DNA of 63,996 nt, counting the filler, from Basidioascus undulatus (Eukaryota): NCBI GenBank assembly GCA_000826855.1. It is 5 parts of 5 records of this genome, joined end to end, with 100 filler letters (N's around TTAATTAATTAA, not from the genome) between each part and the next. Parts side by side here need not be neighbours in the genome. Positions count along the whole stretch, not along the records: positions 38,924 to 51,789 come from JTLS01000870.1; positions 51,890 to 63,996 come from JTLS01000944.1; 3 more parts are not named here. The stretch is one strand, 5' to 3'. Positions 38,924-52,446 of the stretch are shown in pieces. Position 1 is the first letter of the stretch, and the number at the start of each line of letters is the position of its first letter. Position numbers and translations under genes: made by a program. The notes under the pieces were generated by a model that saw only the letters and a list, made by a program, of their open reading frames with translations, was not told the DNA's origin and did no database searches.

Positions 38924-41019
38924 GGGGGAGCTGGAAGAAGAGGATGCGAGGGACGGGATAGTAGTGCGTGTAGGTGCGTATAGATGTGGGCGGGATGGGC
39001 AAGATGACGGGCGGAACGATGAGGACGGCGTCGGCGGTGGGCTGCTCGTCGCTGGCTCCGCTCGCTCGCCGCCGTCGTCATACCGCGGACTGTCCCGCTG
39101 ACCGGTGCGCTACCCCGGACTTGAGCGCGTTCTCACATGTTTTGGCGTCAACCGTATCGCTGCCTTATCAAAGACACTTCTACTTGCTTGGCTTAAGACA
39201 CGCTGGTCTTTTACCATCAGTGGTGTAGAAGGCGTCATATCGCACCGAGAAATACCTTCAACGTCACCACACACCAGGGAGATGGAGCATGGAGCGACAG
39301 CAACGGGATGAAGGGTCAGCCGACAGAAGTCTTCCCGGTTCTTCTGCATGCAGTGAAGCTGGCAAACAACTTTCAGGACTGCAGATGGATGCTCAGGACC
39401 CGGGAAAGTAGTGCCATATACCCAACATCCAGACGGGTTGCTCGGCGAAATTCGAGACTGAGCCAAGATGCAGTCTGTACCGACATTGCAAGTCCATTCG
39501 TTGCCACCTGAGAGCGAAAGTAGAAAGATCACCCCAATAGATACCAGTCCCTCCCATTTAACAGCCTCTGTCCTCCTTTGTGGCTAGGCTGTCAAGCCGG
39601 TCAAGTTAAAACAGGTTCGAAAACGCAGCCTCGGCAGGATCTACCACGCCCAGAAACCCACTTAGCCAGCTGCCTTCATTGATCCTCTGTCTCCAGGCTG
39701 AAATATCAGAGGACCTTGGTAAAAACAGCTTACAAGTTCCAGAGAGGGCAGAGAGAGGAGCAGAAGAGATAGGCAATAAGGCGGCCGGCCTGTGCTGTGC
39801 GGTGTTTCAACTTTCACGGTCGAGCCTCTTCTCACCAGCGCCATCCGCTCCCACCTATCTTTTAAAGTCCCTCTAATTTATGTTCCCCAACGTCAAGACA
39901 GGAGTCGGTGGGCAGGAAGGAACGGTCGGTTCCCTGTACAAGTTAGATAATACTCTCAGTTCCAAGGTTATAACAACCTCCGTCAGTTCCCGTTATCTCG
40001 CTGACGATGCTTGCATTAAGTGATGAAGAGGGCACGCCGCGCGATGGACAGCGCTGCAGGTTGATGATTAAAAAAACTTGTTCCGACGTGCGGGTTGAGC
40101 CGTGTATGAAGGTAGCTGCCGCAAATGGGAATCTAATGTAGTCTGCAACAAGGCCAAGCACTGGTCGAACGGAGAGATTGCAAAAAGGGGTATATCGCTG
40201 TCTCCCGCAGACCCTCTCATCTCATCCCGCCGCGCCCGGAAGTGCGACCAAACGTGGTTTCACCGCCAGCTGTTGTGTACTCCCGAGCACTTTGGAGCCG
40301 GGCCAGGACTCTGTCACTAGATCGGTTGTAATCCCATGAAGCTCATTGTTACCTGTGCACCATCACTTTTGAAGATTTGAAAGTACACGTCTTTGCTGAA
40401 AGTCACACAACACCGAATGCGTGACAGGGCTGATACTGAAACACATCGCCACATAAACATAAGGAACACCATGTACATTAAATGGGAGGATGGCCTTCAA
40501 AATGGCTAGACATCGGGGACAAAGTGCAGGTGGGCTCGGTACGCTTCGCTCTGGGTATCGTACTCCGCCTTGTAAGATCAAGGTTAGCCGTGAGGCCGAC
40601 GTATCGCTTAGAGGACTGATAGAAGAAGAGAGGGTTTATGTACTTCAGAGTCAGTTAGAGAGAAGTGTCAGTGGTGCGTGCGTCTGAAAGCAGCAGAGTG
40701 TCATGTAAAACTTACGTCGCTCTCATAGTAGGAGTTACTCCAACGGACGACGATCTCCCCCGTGGTGAGGGAAAACGTCGTCCGAGCTGGACTGATTCGG
40801 TCTCGGAATGAGAAGTGTATAGCTGCACGGACGGTGACGGTGTGAATTAGTGAGCGCCCACATGCCCGCCGCGCACATGCCCAACAACGCAGGAGCGACT
40901 CTTCGGATCGCAGCCATAATAACATGAAGCAGCAAACGCACTTGCTTGTGGTATCAAGCAGTGACTGCTCCCCCTGCTGCTGTCGCCCGGCCAGTACGCG
41001 CCCGTCCACGGCCACATCT

Positions 41020-41657
41020 AGCAGGCTTGTACGTCCCCAGTAGCTTTGACCCTTAGGTGCATGGCGCGGTTTTTGTCGGAGGATACAACATATGTATTGT
41101 CCGGAGCTGCGAATTGTAAAAAGCACTGCGTCAGCAGTAGGAACACGCCCGTAAGTGCGTGCGCATCAGTCTCAGCGGGGACCACACCCACAGTTTCCTC
41201 TAGAGAGGGCGCCGGTCGGCTTATAGTTGGCACCGTAGACGTATATGTGTCCCTGAGTGCTACAAAGGAGAAGGAAACGATTCTACACTCGTCAGCACGA
41301 TTCATGATCCTGGCACGCCATCTCAAAGCTTGCTACGCACCGGTAACCGATGGTAAAGGAAGACTGCCCAGAAGGTACAGGCTGGAACGCCCTTGCTGCA
41401 TAGCATAAACAGTCACCCTGTGAACTTTCTGATTTCTGTTCCCCTTCCCCGTGAATCACTGCTGCGCGAAAGCACCTTGAGCCACCTTGAGCTCTCGACC
41501 GACCACCTACAACCCGGTGCAACTGTGTCGCCCGCCCGGCGCTTTGTGGGTTGCTCACGGAAAGCACCAGTTGGAGTTCTACCGCATTGGAGAGGGGGCG
41601 CAGCGGCTCGGCGAGAGTGAAGGCTGCGAAGAGAACGAGCAAGAGCAGGTGTATCAT
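41020..41657 (-). pseudogene. Possible small secreted protein gene or relic
   Basis: Signal-peptide-like MIHLLLLVLFAAFTLAEP followed by intron-like signals. No clean spliced model found. Confidence 0.3.
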
Positions 41658-42697
41658 GGGACGCAGCGTGTGCGGCGGCGCCGACAGAGATGAAGATGGA
41701 AGTAGTATCAAAGAGCTGAGCGTCTCTTTAGCCGTTCAGAAGTACATGTAGCCAGAGGAAACTTGAGCTGGAGCAAATCCAGACAACTCGATCACTGCGA
41801 GTTGGCGTAAGACAGCTCCTCGCTGTCCTCTCGCTGTCGTGCACGCACCCAAGAGCATTCAAATGCCAAATGCCAGACCCTGAGGTCCCACACACTCAAT
41901 TCCTAGACCTTGGGACAGGTCTTGAGAGGACAAGTTCGACCTCAATTTCAACTTTGAGGTTTCGCGAATCGTTGTGGGCTATGTAGCGTGGAGAGGTGAT
42001 GCAATGCTGCATCTGTCAAGTATCTGCGACTTTAATCTCGCAGTCCGCACAATGATAAGTATCTGATATTACTGTCTTTACGGCCTCTGAGAAACATTTC
42101 TGATGCATGGAATATTTTGAAAGTAAATGGAGATTTGTCACAGTGCCAGAGGCTTGGTTGGGGCCTGGGGCTCCTTGCACATCGCGATCCTTGTCCGACT
42201 GCCACTGCCGTGGATGTTGACTATGTTTCTTTGGTTGTTATGCATGAAGGGTTGGAAGTTTACTAGCAACATTTTAATGAAAGATCAATCTACTTTCTTC
42301 ATTTGCACCCAGAGTCAGGTTAGGCGGCTAACCTGACGAAGGTGCTGAAGCTGCTGCTCTGCTGCCGGTAGTTCATCTCAACTTGTAACGTGATGGATAC
42401 GCAGCACGTCTAAGGCCCAGGTTCGCGCGGAGCGCCCTTCCTATTAAACACTTTACTCGCAACGAAAATAACAACAAAGGCAGAAAAATTCACGAACATC
42501 TGCGAGCCGCGACCGAGTCCCCAGCTGCAGCGTGTCCATCAGCGCGTCCAGCGACCCGCACACACACACACACACTTTGCACCCCATCCCTAGCCAGAGT
42601 TACAACAATGCAATGTCCAAGCGTCCCATGGACAGGAAGGTAAAGTAACGTGCCCCGAACGAAAAGAAGATGGTATTCGAACGAACGCGATGCGCCC

Positions 42698-45165
42698 TCA
42701 ACTCATGGTCGGCACCCCTCCCTGCACCCCTCCCTGTGCCTGGGGGTCCATCCCAAATAGCATGGGCCAAAACATCGCCATCGCCGCCGGGTCACGCATG
42801 CCCGCCATCCCGTCTCCCATCTCCGGCGGCATGCCCATCGCGCCCGCCGCCGCCCACCCATAGTCCTGTCCGGGAGGGGGGCCGACAGTTGGATCGTGCA
42901 GGCTCTGGAGGCCGTAGGGGTCGTGGTTGTGCTGCTGGGTGTGCTGCGGGGCGTGTGGGTGCGGCGGGTGGCGCGGCTCGTTCTCGACGGGCATGCTGCC
43001 CAGCCGCACAGGCTCGCCGCTCTTCGCGTCCTCCCAGTCCCGCTGCGCCCAGACCTTCCGCGCGCATCTCCCCGGCCACTCGCCCAAGTCGGCCATGCGC
43101 ACCAACAGCCGATCCACATCCACCATCCAACCGTCCGTCAGGGGCAGGGTGTAGCCATTCCGCCGTCCCAGAGCGCAGACGTTGAGCAGCATCGCGATGC
43201 AGAGTACGAGGGTGGTGGTGTGGTGCAGGGACGCGCGCGCAAGGTCGACCGAGAGTGCGACTCGCAGGACTTGCGCGTTCGCGCGGATGAGCGTCGCGCC
43301 TGCAAGGCAGAACGGCTTTTCGCGGATGGACGGGAGCAGTGGGGAGGGAAGGAGCCGGATCGCGTTGGAGAGGCGGAGGGAGAGGACGATGTGCGCGAGG
43401 TGCGAGTCGAGCGAGAGGACGTCCAGGGCGGGGTGCGGCGCGCGCTCGGGCAGGACATCTGGCCGCGCCCAAATATTACCATGTCCACTTATCAGCTTGA
43501 TTCTAGATCCAGGATCGGAAGGCAAGAAGAACGCACCACGCAGCGCTTGCAGCTCCGCCCTCCAGCTGTCAAGGAAGCTCGAGAAGCCCTGCGCGGCAGT
43601 AATTCAGCACGCTGCATTCCAGCTCAAGGAGACGAAGCCAAGTTAAAATCTACCTCGAGCGCCTCGAGCGCCTTGTCGATCGACTGCGCGACAAAGCGGC
43701 AGCGCTCGACGCGCTGGATCGCGACCGCGACGGACGACGCGGCTGAGAGGAGCCGGCCCTCTAGCACGAGGCGGCGGTCAACAAGCGGTGTGGGCTGATG
43801 CGAAGAGAAAACGCTCTCGGTCGGTGGGAAGGGGAAGGAGGGTGTGCGTGCAAGGGGCGCGTGGAACATCGTTAGACTGCGGAGCGGAGAAAGGAGGTGA
43901 GCGGGAGCGGTGTGGGAGAACCTAGGGGAGTAAAGGGGAAGAGAGAAGACGTACGACAAGTCGAGATGCGCGATCGTATAGAACAGCCGGGCCTTGTCCC
44001 GCTCCTCATCCATCCACGCCCCCTCAATCCCATCGTCCTTCAAGCTCACGACCGTTTCGCCCGCACAATCGAGGCCCATCGCGCCTGCGCACGCGCTCGC
44101 GGCGCGGACGAGCACGAGCGGGTCAATAGCATGCGGGCCGAGCGAGTGCTCGTCTGGAAGCGCAACGAAGAGCGCGACGGTCAGGAGAGCCGCGATTGTT
44201 GCGTACGAAGGCCGGGTGTTGAGAACCGCGCGCGTGAGGTGCGACGAGAGGAGAGACTCGAGGCGACGCAGTGTTGACAGGGGGAGGGTGTGCGGCGCAT
44301 GTGGAGAGGTGAAGGTCGTGTACAGAAGGACGGTGTGCAGGAAGGGGCTGGACGTGAGGGAGAGATCGGGCGGGAACGGCGGGAGGACGGGGATGTACAC
44401 CGCCGTGAACACGTCCAAAGCCTCCTGCGCTTCCCGCTCGCCAATGATCCCTTCTACCACCGGGTCCCCCAGCTCCGGCACCTTGCCCGCGCCAATGATG
44501 GCCCGCGCGAAGCTCGGCGGGTTCGCCCACACCCGGAGCGTCCCGCGGTCGTGCGCCTGGTTGAAGAACGAGAGGTCCTCGTCCGGCTCAGCGGCGGGCT
44601 GGGCGGGCGGCGGGGCCGCGTGGTGCGTCGTCGCAGGGGAGAGGGTCGACGCCGCAGATGGGGACGGCTGCGTGAGGGAGAGGTTGTTCTGTGCCAGGAT
44701 GGCCTCGATGTGCGCGACGCGCGCGGCGAGCGAGGTCGTGTCGATCGCGGAGGGCGAGGGCGCAGAGGAGGACGAGGCTCTGCAGGTGCCTCCCGTCAGC
44801 GACGCCCCTCCAACTTCGCCAATACACGACCAGCGCACCTCGAGACATATAGCATCTCAGGCGCAGCGAAGCCCGTGGTCGGGCCCGGATGGGGCGGGCC
44901 GACTTCCTCCTCGAACGAGCACACCTGGCCGAGGACGCTGCACCGATGGCACGCCTGCCCGCGCGCCAGCTCGTCCTCGAGCTCGCAGCGCGCTTTCTGT
45001 CGCTTGCAGGCTATCCCATCTCCGTCACGGTTCAGGCCTTGCCCTGAGAATTTAAGATGAGTTGGGAGAGAACCCACCGGCGCAAGCTCGCATGGCCTTG
45101 GGTCGCTTGGTGCCGGTCGATGCGCCCGAGGTGGACGCCGCCGTCGGGGGGCGGGCGCGCTTCAT
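42698..45165 (-). CDS. Zn(II)2Cys6 fungal transcription factor
   Basis: Spliced MRACA|ACKRQKARCELEDELARGQACHRCSVLGQVC, coiled coil LAARVAHIEAIL, middle region DPVVEGIIGEREAQEALDVF..SPFLHTVL. Confidence 0.92.
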
Positions 45166-45349
45166 CGTAGCAGTTTCGGGTACTAATATCAATCGGTATT
45201 CCGTATAGTGGTGGCTTCGGAATTAATGGCGAGCAGAAACGAAAGAGCAAAGGGGACTTGGTGGTGGTGGGTGGAAGGCAACCGTCAGCCGCGCGATCGG
45301 CTGGTCCTCTTCCGCTGTCGAAATGCCCAGCCGTGGCGCCCGTGGACCA

Positions 45350-46480
45350 CAGATACGCAGACCTGTTTAAGCATCTCCCTCTGAGAAAAGAAGCTCCCAG
45401 GTACCTCAAGCACATCCGCAAGATCGTCCTCGCTGTGCTGCACAGAATCTGACAATGCGAGGCGATGAGAGATTTGTGAGTGTGTGCCAGCTGGGATGCC
45501 CGGTGGACATTCCGGCAAGGGTCAGGGGTGCCAGGCACAGCGCCAGGACTTCGGTTTGGCAGCCTTCGACGCTTTCTCAATCACTGATGTTCAAGAAACG
45601 CAGATAAACTTACCTGTACTTGAACTTCGGGAAGGCTTCAAATGGGAGGTAACGGATTCGAAAGGGCCCCATCAGTATTTCATACAACGTATCGCCCGAG
45701 AGCGTGGACCGGTTGCACGACGCTTCCCGCCAATCATGGTCTGTGTAAGCGAGCCTTTCAAGAAGTTCACAGGACATCAACCTAACTTACCTTAGGGAGA
45801 GACAGACAACTTACAAAACAAGGCCGCTCAAGATGTCCTCAACGTCCCCAGTCGTGCCTCCCCAATCTTTAAATGTAGAATGCGGACGACTTCGACTTCC
45901 TAGGAGCGTTGGTGAAGTTGTGAAGGTTATTATCAGCCCCTTCCCTGTGCCCTGCACCTACTAGCATGCCCAAGAGACACCCTTGTCAAGGCCAGGACGG
46001 ACGTCAAGTAACTTAAATAGCTCCTGCAGTGCAAGCCTGATTTGCTGGCGCAGCCTGATTGTCTCTGGAGGGCGGATCCACCTCACTCGGGATTATTCGT
46101 GATATTTTGAATAGAGCTAAAGATCCTATACAGCAGTGTTATCAGTGCTTTCCAGCCAGGCCCTCAATGAGGAGCTGAGAGTGCGGTATCCGGTCAAGTC
46201 CGGCACATCGCTACAGCATCTGATAGGAGTAACTCTCCCAAGGACAGCTTGAGGCCTATAATACTAGTTCGTAAACAGGGAGTCTTGAATGTGGGGTGCT
46301 GTTGGCTTGTACCTCATGAGGTGTGCGACTGTTCCTGTGGCAGCAGAGGAGGTTAGCGATTTATTCGTCCACGTTGAAGAGCGCTGACTTGATTCCTCGA
46401 TCTTTCGTTTCCACAGGTCTGGCAACACGACCCACGTCATCCAGGTAATAACTGAAGGTGCAGGGGCGCCTGTACACCGA
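45350..46480 (+). pseudogene. Decayed gene relic with a PD-(D/E)xK-like motif
   Basis: In-frame AQPDCLWRADPPHSGLFVIF*IELK (46048-46122) within stop-riddled, coding-like sequence. Confidence 0.3.
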
Positions 46481-47628
46481 GCACCTAGCTGTTCAATTCA
46501 GCTCAGCGTTCGTTCGCCTGCCGAAATCACCATCAACAGAGCATTACATGACCTAATACATACCTAAGAGTTGATCAAGATTACCACGCTGGTACCGCAT
46601 AATGCTGCTTCGCCATGTCCGCCAACAGGGACGACAGCGTGTGCCTCCCCGTCCACACCATCGCACACGTACATGTGCTGACTTCTTTCTCCCTATCTAC
46701 CGTCCAATTTTTTTCAATCTCCTAGAGGTTTTGTTCACCTTCTGTACCTTCGAAGTGAGTCCGCGATATAGCTGTGAAGACTGGGATGTGCAGTAACGTT
46801 CATACGCGACGCACGCCGCTTCAGATGTTCGGAGACTTCTCAAAACCCGGCCACACGCATAACCCGGCCACACTCATTCATCTCCGAAAGAGCCAGTAAA
46901 CTTGGAAAAGCTGTGTGAGCGGTGCCGAACATGCGCGATTGCTCATGGTGTAGAGCTTGCTGTTGAAGTTGACCCTGACAAAAGGCACATCAAGGACATT
47001 CCGTTGTCGCCTCGTCGGGATCCGTCGGTGCGCTGTCGTGCACTTTCTGACCTCGACCTTCGTTCCCCACAGCCATCATGCATTTTTCGGTTCGGTAGCC
47101 CTTGCATCGCATCTACAAATTCTCTCACGATGACTCGAGGAGAAAACATGGCTTACGGGAGCGATGTACACTATAGTTAGTCGAGTTCCATCAACCATCA
47201 TACGCAACGTCACTGAGTACTGCCAAGCACACAATCGGGACTCTCACCCGGGTAACTTGTCCGCCTTCTATACCCGTCCCACGGAAATTCTGCAGCATTT
47301 GAAAGAGAGCTTGGTCGTTATGTTCTGGCACTACCTGCAGGTCGGCGCGAAGCAAGCTCTAGCGGTACCATTGAACCGGTACTGTTAGCGATGTCTCACA
47401 GCGAGCGACCGTTGAAGGCTGTACGCGAGGCTGGCATATTACAGGGACCTTCCCACTTGCTCATTATTGCGGAGCGTGTAAGGAGCCCTAGTGTACTAGA
47501 TGCTCACGTTCCACACCGTGACGTTGTAGTGCGTGTGCGCCGTAAGGCATAAAAACGCGATCCAGCTGCACTTTGTCCTTCGCGATCTTCCGCCTCTTTC
47601 TCTCTCTCGCTGCTATCTCTCTCTCTTC

Positions 47629-47673
47629 CTCAAGACCTCAAGACCTCAAGACCTCAAGATCTCAAGATCTCAA
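47629..47673 (+). repeat. 8-bp tandem repeat (CTCAAGAY) immediately upstream of the CFEM gene ATG
   Basis: ctcaagac x3, ctcaagat x2, then ctcaa. Confidence 0.9.
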
Positions 47674-47678
47674 CAAAG

Positions 47679-49105
47679 ATGCTGTCGCTCGCCGCATCTA
47701 TCACGCTTCTTTCTGCTCTTGCTTACGCTCAGGACCTTTCAAAGTGAGTCGGTCCGCTCCTGTCTTCAGTCGAGCACGAGGCTGAGGGGGCCAACCGTTG
47801 CAGTGTCCCGATTTGCGTTCGCGACTGCTTCGTCCATGAAGTGATCACCCCCGGCTCTGGAACGGCTGGGTGCCCTGCACCGAATAACGACTTGGTCTGT
47901 TCTTCGTGGTGTTCAAAATACCGTTCAGGCTTCCTGACTATGAAACCACAGGCTGGCGCAGTTGCTTGCTACTGCCTGACGTCGGACCTCGGTGACGGTT
48001 ACGGTGATTGCCTGCGCTCGGTAAGTGATCCTGAGCGCAGCATTGTATAAATTGCTAATATGCGGTCCTTCCAGAGCTGCTCGGACGGTGACGCCCAAAC
48101 CGGTCAGACCCTCCGCGACCTCGTGTGCCGGACTGCGTGGGACGGTGGTGTGAGCGGGCCAGGCGCGCAAGGCGGGTTGGCCCCTGAGCAGTCTCAGGGC
48201 CTCGAGAGTGCGTTGGCCGGGGCTGGCGTTACCGGTGAGTGATGGCCTGCTTCCTAGGTGGCACAGAGGCCGAGGACAATGCTGAGTCGCTGGCTTGACG
48301 GACAGCTCAGCCTGGATCGGGCGGTTCGGCAACGGGTACTGCTAGTGACGATGCAAGGTGAGTCTGCGAGCTCTTATTATTGGGATTTTCAGGTACTCAC
48401 AACCCCTTTCTGAAGCGCTACTGAAACTGGTGGTTCCGCTACCGCGACCGATGGCTCCGCGACTGCGACCAACACCGATGGGTAAATTGACTTCACTACA
48501 GCAATGGTTCTGTACATCTCACACAGTCATCGTTCATTTAAAGTAACGCCTCCGCTACCGCTACTGGCACCGACGACCCCTCGGGTACCGCTGTTGCTGG
48601 AGGGTATGTATGCAATATTTCTGCCGAAACGAGCGACCGCCCAACTTTGTTGCACACAGGGTCATCACTACGACGGCTAGCGATGGCAGCGTAGTCACGA
48701 CTAGCGTGAGCGGTGCGGACGCGTACGTCGAATCCCACAAGAGCGTGCCTTGATATCCACGACGACTGACCATGTTGATCTCGCAGGTCGGCCACGGGTT
48801 CTGCTGCCTCAAGTACGTCTGGCGCATCTGACTCTGCTGGCTCGTCTGTGAGCGGTGCGACGGAGTCGGCCAGCTCGGGTGCGAGTAGCGCCACGGAGTC
48901 GGCAGGCTCCGCTGCGAGCTCTGCGACCAGCTCCGCCGGCGACGCGACCCAGAGCGCCGACGGCAACAACAACGGCGACAACAACGGCGACAACAACGGC
49001 AACAACAACGGCGACAACCAAGACGGCGACAACGCTTCGACTCGCGTCGCGGTCCCCCTCTTCGTCGCCGTCATCGGCGTCCTCGCTGGCGCTGCCTTGG
49101 TTTAA
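47679..49105 (+). CDS. Secreted CFEM-domain protein, Ser/Thr-rich, probably GPI-anchored
   Basis: Signal MLSLAASITLLSALAYAQ. Eight-Cys domain VPICVRDC..GC..ACYC..GDCLRS|SC..LVC. S/T/A-rich stalk, NNGD repeats, hydrophobic end NASTRVAVPLFVAVIGVLAGAALV*. Confidence 0.85.
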
Positions 49106-49479
49106 AACCATAATTTTTAATGACACAAAAACGCTATTTATCTGTAATTTCTATAATGAAACACGCCCCTGGAGGCCTCGGAACAAGAGTAAATGAAACG
49201 CCTTCCGCAATCTCCATGTTCTCAAGTTCGACCACACGGTTCCGGCAGTGTGTTTGTGTGGTCACCGATTCACAGAGCGTTATTAAACATGTATGAAGAT
49301 ATTAGGAGTTGGGAACACGCTCTGTGGCTGACCGAGCTGGTCTTCAATCGATGTTTCAATATAAGTGCGGCTGCGGCACCAGCCACGACTCAGAAAGCCG
49401 CTTCCCAAACGATACGAGGGCGGCTCGTCGTTATGGTGACAGAAATGTTCAGTCAGACAGAAAACCTCCCTATAGCCTA

Positions 49480-50273
49480 TTGCCTGGTAGACAACGCACC
49501 CTGGTGCGTCCTTCGTTACGCGGCCACGACGACCGTCTCTGTACTGCAGCACTTGGCCGCCCGACTAAACTGTCCTTTGTTGTCGTCCCACTTAACAAAC
49601 ACAGACCCGTCGCTGATTCTGAAATGTCAAACCAATATCCGTGTTCTTGAAGGCGGCGATCACACGCACACGTTGTGATACATGAAGCCTTTGCGGCCCT
49701 CGTTATGCAGATCTTGCAGGTTGAACCACACGTTGCCGTACTGATCTCGGGATGTAAACCAAAGGCTCAAGGCACAAAGTCTTGGGAGGCCTGGATCCTT
49801 GGTCATCACCGTACCTGGTTACGGCCAGGCCCGGCTGTGATGATCGCACAGTGCACCACTCCGGTCAGGCCTGATGATGGGCTGGTCCGGAACATCCAAG
49901 AAGACCGCTGCGCCGCGAGAACCGGACGACAGAGACTCTCCGCTCAGTTCTGAGAGCGCATCGAGAAGCGAGCTGGTCTGGAACGCTGTGTGCTAGTTCG
50001 AACCCAACGTGCTGCTCGGCGAGTAACCTAGCAGTAATAAACCCTTCAGCTCAACTGCCGACGAGGAGCACAAGCAGCGGACCCACCATTCAACGAGCCC
50101 TTGAAGATCTGTGTGCTGAAAATGCTTTCGATAGACTCAACATGGAAGGTGAGAGTCTCGACGTTTGCGTTCAGCGCATCGATCTTGATGCTCAGTTTCA
50201 ACACGGCGTCCAGTAAGCTCGCCAGCGCATCGGAAGAGACGGTCGTGGAGCTCGCGCGCTGCTTGTTGGCCAT
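49480..50273 (-). pseudogene. Hypothetical gene or relic; 3' end approximate
   Basis: MANKQRASSTTVSSDALASLLDAVLKLSIKIDALNANVETL (coiled-coil-like), then DQYGNVWFNLQDLHNEGRKGFMYHN|ISDGSVFVKWDDNKG, with stops. Confidence 0.3.
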
Positions 50274-50875
50274 AGTGAACGACAGAGACAGAAGTTTGAG
50301 CTGTGCGGAGTCGGTGGGAAGAAACCAACGCAGAGCTCAGCCTGCAGAAGAAGACCTCTTCGCGGGGAGCGGGAACGTCTTTGCTGCAGCGGAAGGGCGC
50401 CTGGGGCAAGGACCGCCAGGCCTTTCGGATGCTGCATGCGCTCATGAGTTACTGTCCTTCAAGGTAACCGATTTCTCTGCGCTATGCACCTGAGAGAAAA
50501 TTAAAGATTGATAAATCGATGAGAACACAAGCTGACACAACTTCATATCACGAGCATGTACGCTCTTGATATTCTTCCATAGCATCCCGCATAGGCAACC
50601 GCAACACGGCACAGTCTCGTTTCAACATGTCATCATTCGCAGCACATGCACCCCAATACCCCAAGCAAGCAGAGCGACTGAAAAAAAAAAACGAACGACG
50701 AACGAGCTAGTCGGCCTCCGCGAGACGCACCACAAGGGCCGAGGGCAGGAAGAAAGAAATGCTCACGAACACGAAGCAGGGAGGGAGGCAGGAGTGAGAT
50801 AGGAGAGAAGAAAGAGATGACAAATGCAAAAGTTCACGTTCACGTTCCTGCGTGCATTTTGGGATTTGGGAGTCT

Positions 50876-51789
50876 TTATTCTCTCGCTTTTTGCAGTACT
50901 GTCCAGGCCGCGACGCCGATCATGACGACCCCCACGGCGCTGGCGTATTGAAGAGTCTGTCGACAAGGAAGACGTCCCGATCAGCCATCCACCAAGGACA
51001 GCCCGAAAGGAAAGGGAGCGCAAACGCACATGGTCGCCGGACCCGCCTCCTCGACCGCCCCCATTCCTCGCCTGCGTGACCGTCCCGCTTCGGTTCCTGC
51101 TGTGCTGGCGCTCCGCAGCGAAATCCACTTCGACGCCGCGGACGGTCGCACTGCCCTCGCTGCGGGTGGCGGGGCTTTTAACGCCGTCCCCGCCCGCAGC
51201 GGCGGCGGATGCAGCAGCGGGCTCCGCCGAGCCGGCGCGCTTCGCGACGCGCCGGAGACTGCGCTCGGAGCCGTGGCGCGAGCCGCGCGGGGTCACGTCG
51301 TCCTCGGGGTGCTGCTCGTCGGACAGGGCGCTTGAGCCGCGGAGGAACTGGCGGAGGGCGGGGTTCAGGCGCTTCTCGTCGCCGAAGGAGCGGCGGCGGA
51401 GCGAGCGGCGCTTGCTGGAAGAGGGGGGCGCGAGGGAGGGGGCGGAGCCAGCGTCCACGAGGGAGCCGTCGGGGGAAGTGGAGGAGGATGCGATGGAGTG
51501 CGGGGGAGAGAGCACGCCCGGCGCTTGGTCGTCGTCGGACGCGTCAGAGTCGTCCGAGTCCGACGAGTTCAGGGAGCGGTCCTCGTCCTCCTCCTCCGCG
51601 CGGCGCGAGGCTTCCTCCCACTCGCGGATGAGCTTGCGAAGCTGTGTGGCACACCCCGTCAGAGCCGGCTTCTCCCCCCAATGCGAGAGGTAAGAAAGCG
51701 CACTTTGTCCCTCTCTCCATCCCAGCCCTCCCTCTCCCGCTTCCACCTCTCCTCCCACTTCTCCTTCCACCCCTGCCACCGGCCCTCGA
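50876..51789 (-). CDS. 3' end of a hypothetical tail-anchored membrane protein; 5' end cut by the contig break
   Basis: Long GC-rich exon LRKLIREWEEAS...RNRSGTVTQ, then last exon TLQYASAVGVVMIGVAAWTVLQKARE*. Confidence 0.7.
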
Positions 51790-51889
51790 NNNNNNNNNNN
51801 NNNNNNNNNNNNNNNNNNNNNNNNNNNNNNNNNTTAATTAATTAANNNNNNNNNNNNNNNNNNNNNNNNNNNNNNNNNNNNNNNNNNNN
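51790..51889. other. Artificial contig linker
   Basis: 44 N + TTAATTAATTAA + 44 N. Confidence 0.99.
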
Positions 51890-52128
51890 CTCCTGCTCGA
51901 GGAGGATTGGTGGGTGGTGGCGAATAAGGATATGGAAGGGAGGGAAAGGGAGGGGGAAGACGCCAAGACGCACTTCTGGCGCACGGTGAGCTTCTTGTCC
52001 CACTGTTCTGCGATCTCGCGGGGGACGTTGCGGATCTCGCGCTGCTTGAGCGCCTTGGTCGTGCTCGTCGTCTTGACAGACCGTTGCGACGACGACTTTT
52101 GCTTTCTGCGCTGGCGGGGGTTGGCCAT
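51890..52128 (-). CDS. NOP16: Nucleolar protein 16 (ribosome biogenesis), first exon; truncated
   Basis: MANPRQRRKQKSS...IAEQWDKKLTVRQ(N) followed by a GTGCGT donor. Confidence 0.88.
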
Positions 52129-52446
52129 TTCGTCTCGTCAATCAAGTGTGAGTATGAAATTGTGAAGGTGTGCAAGGAAGACGTCGAGATCCAAATCTCC
52201 AAATCATTTCGGTGGTATGGTCTTCAATGAATTTTCTTAACACCGATAGGACGAAGGCAAGCAGACTGGTCCGTGGAACGCGCGGCTCGAGGCTCGCCCA
52301 TCCCTCCTTCCGCATCCGCACGTCGCTGCCCTCCTCCCCACGGAACGCCCGCAGCGCACCCACAGTCCACAACCGAAACCACAGTCCACTTTCAAATGGT
52401 GCAGTCCCCATCCTTCCACTTTCCCATCCTCAACGACGAACACAAT

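Noticed and set aside
39110..39532. Kinase-like fragment VYGTTFPG..AVLKVV
   Set aside because: No HxD or DFG motif follows; too weak to call.
42670..45060. Long antisense or overlapping ORFs over the Zn2Cys6 gene and other GC-rich exons
   Set aside because: These are expected shadows of high-GC3 coding sequence and show no protein motifs.
47629..47673. CRISPR-like array
   Set aside because: Contiguous 8-bp units with no spacers, in a eukaryotic context with no cas genes.
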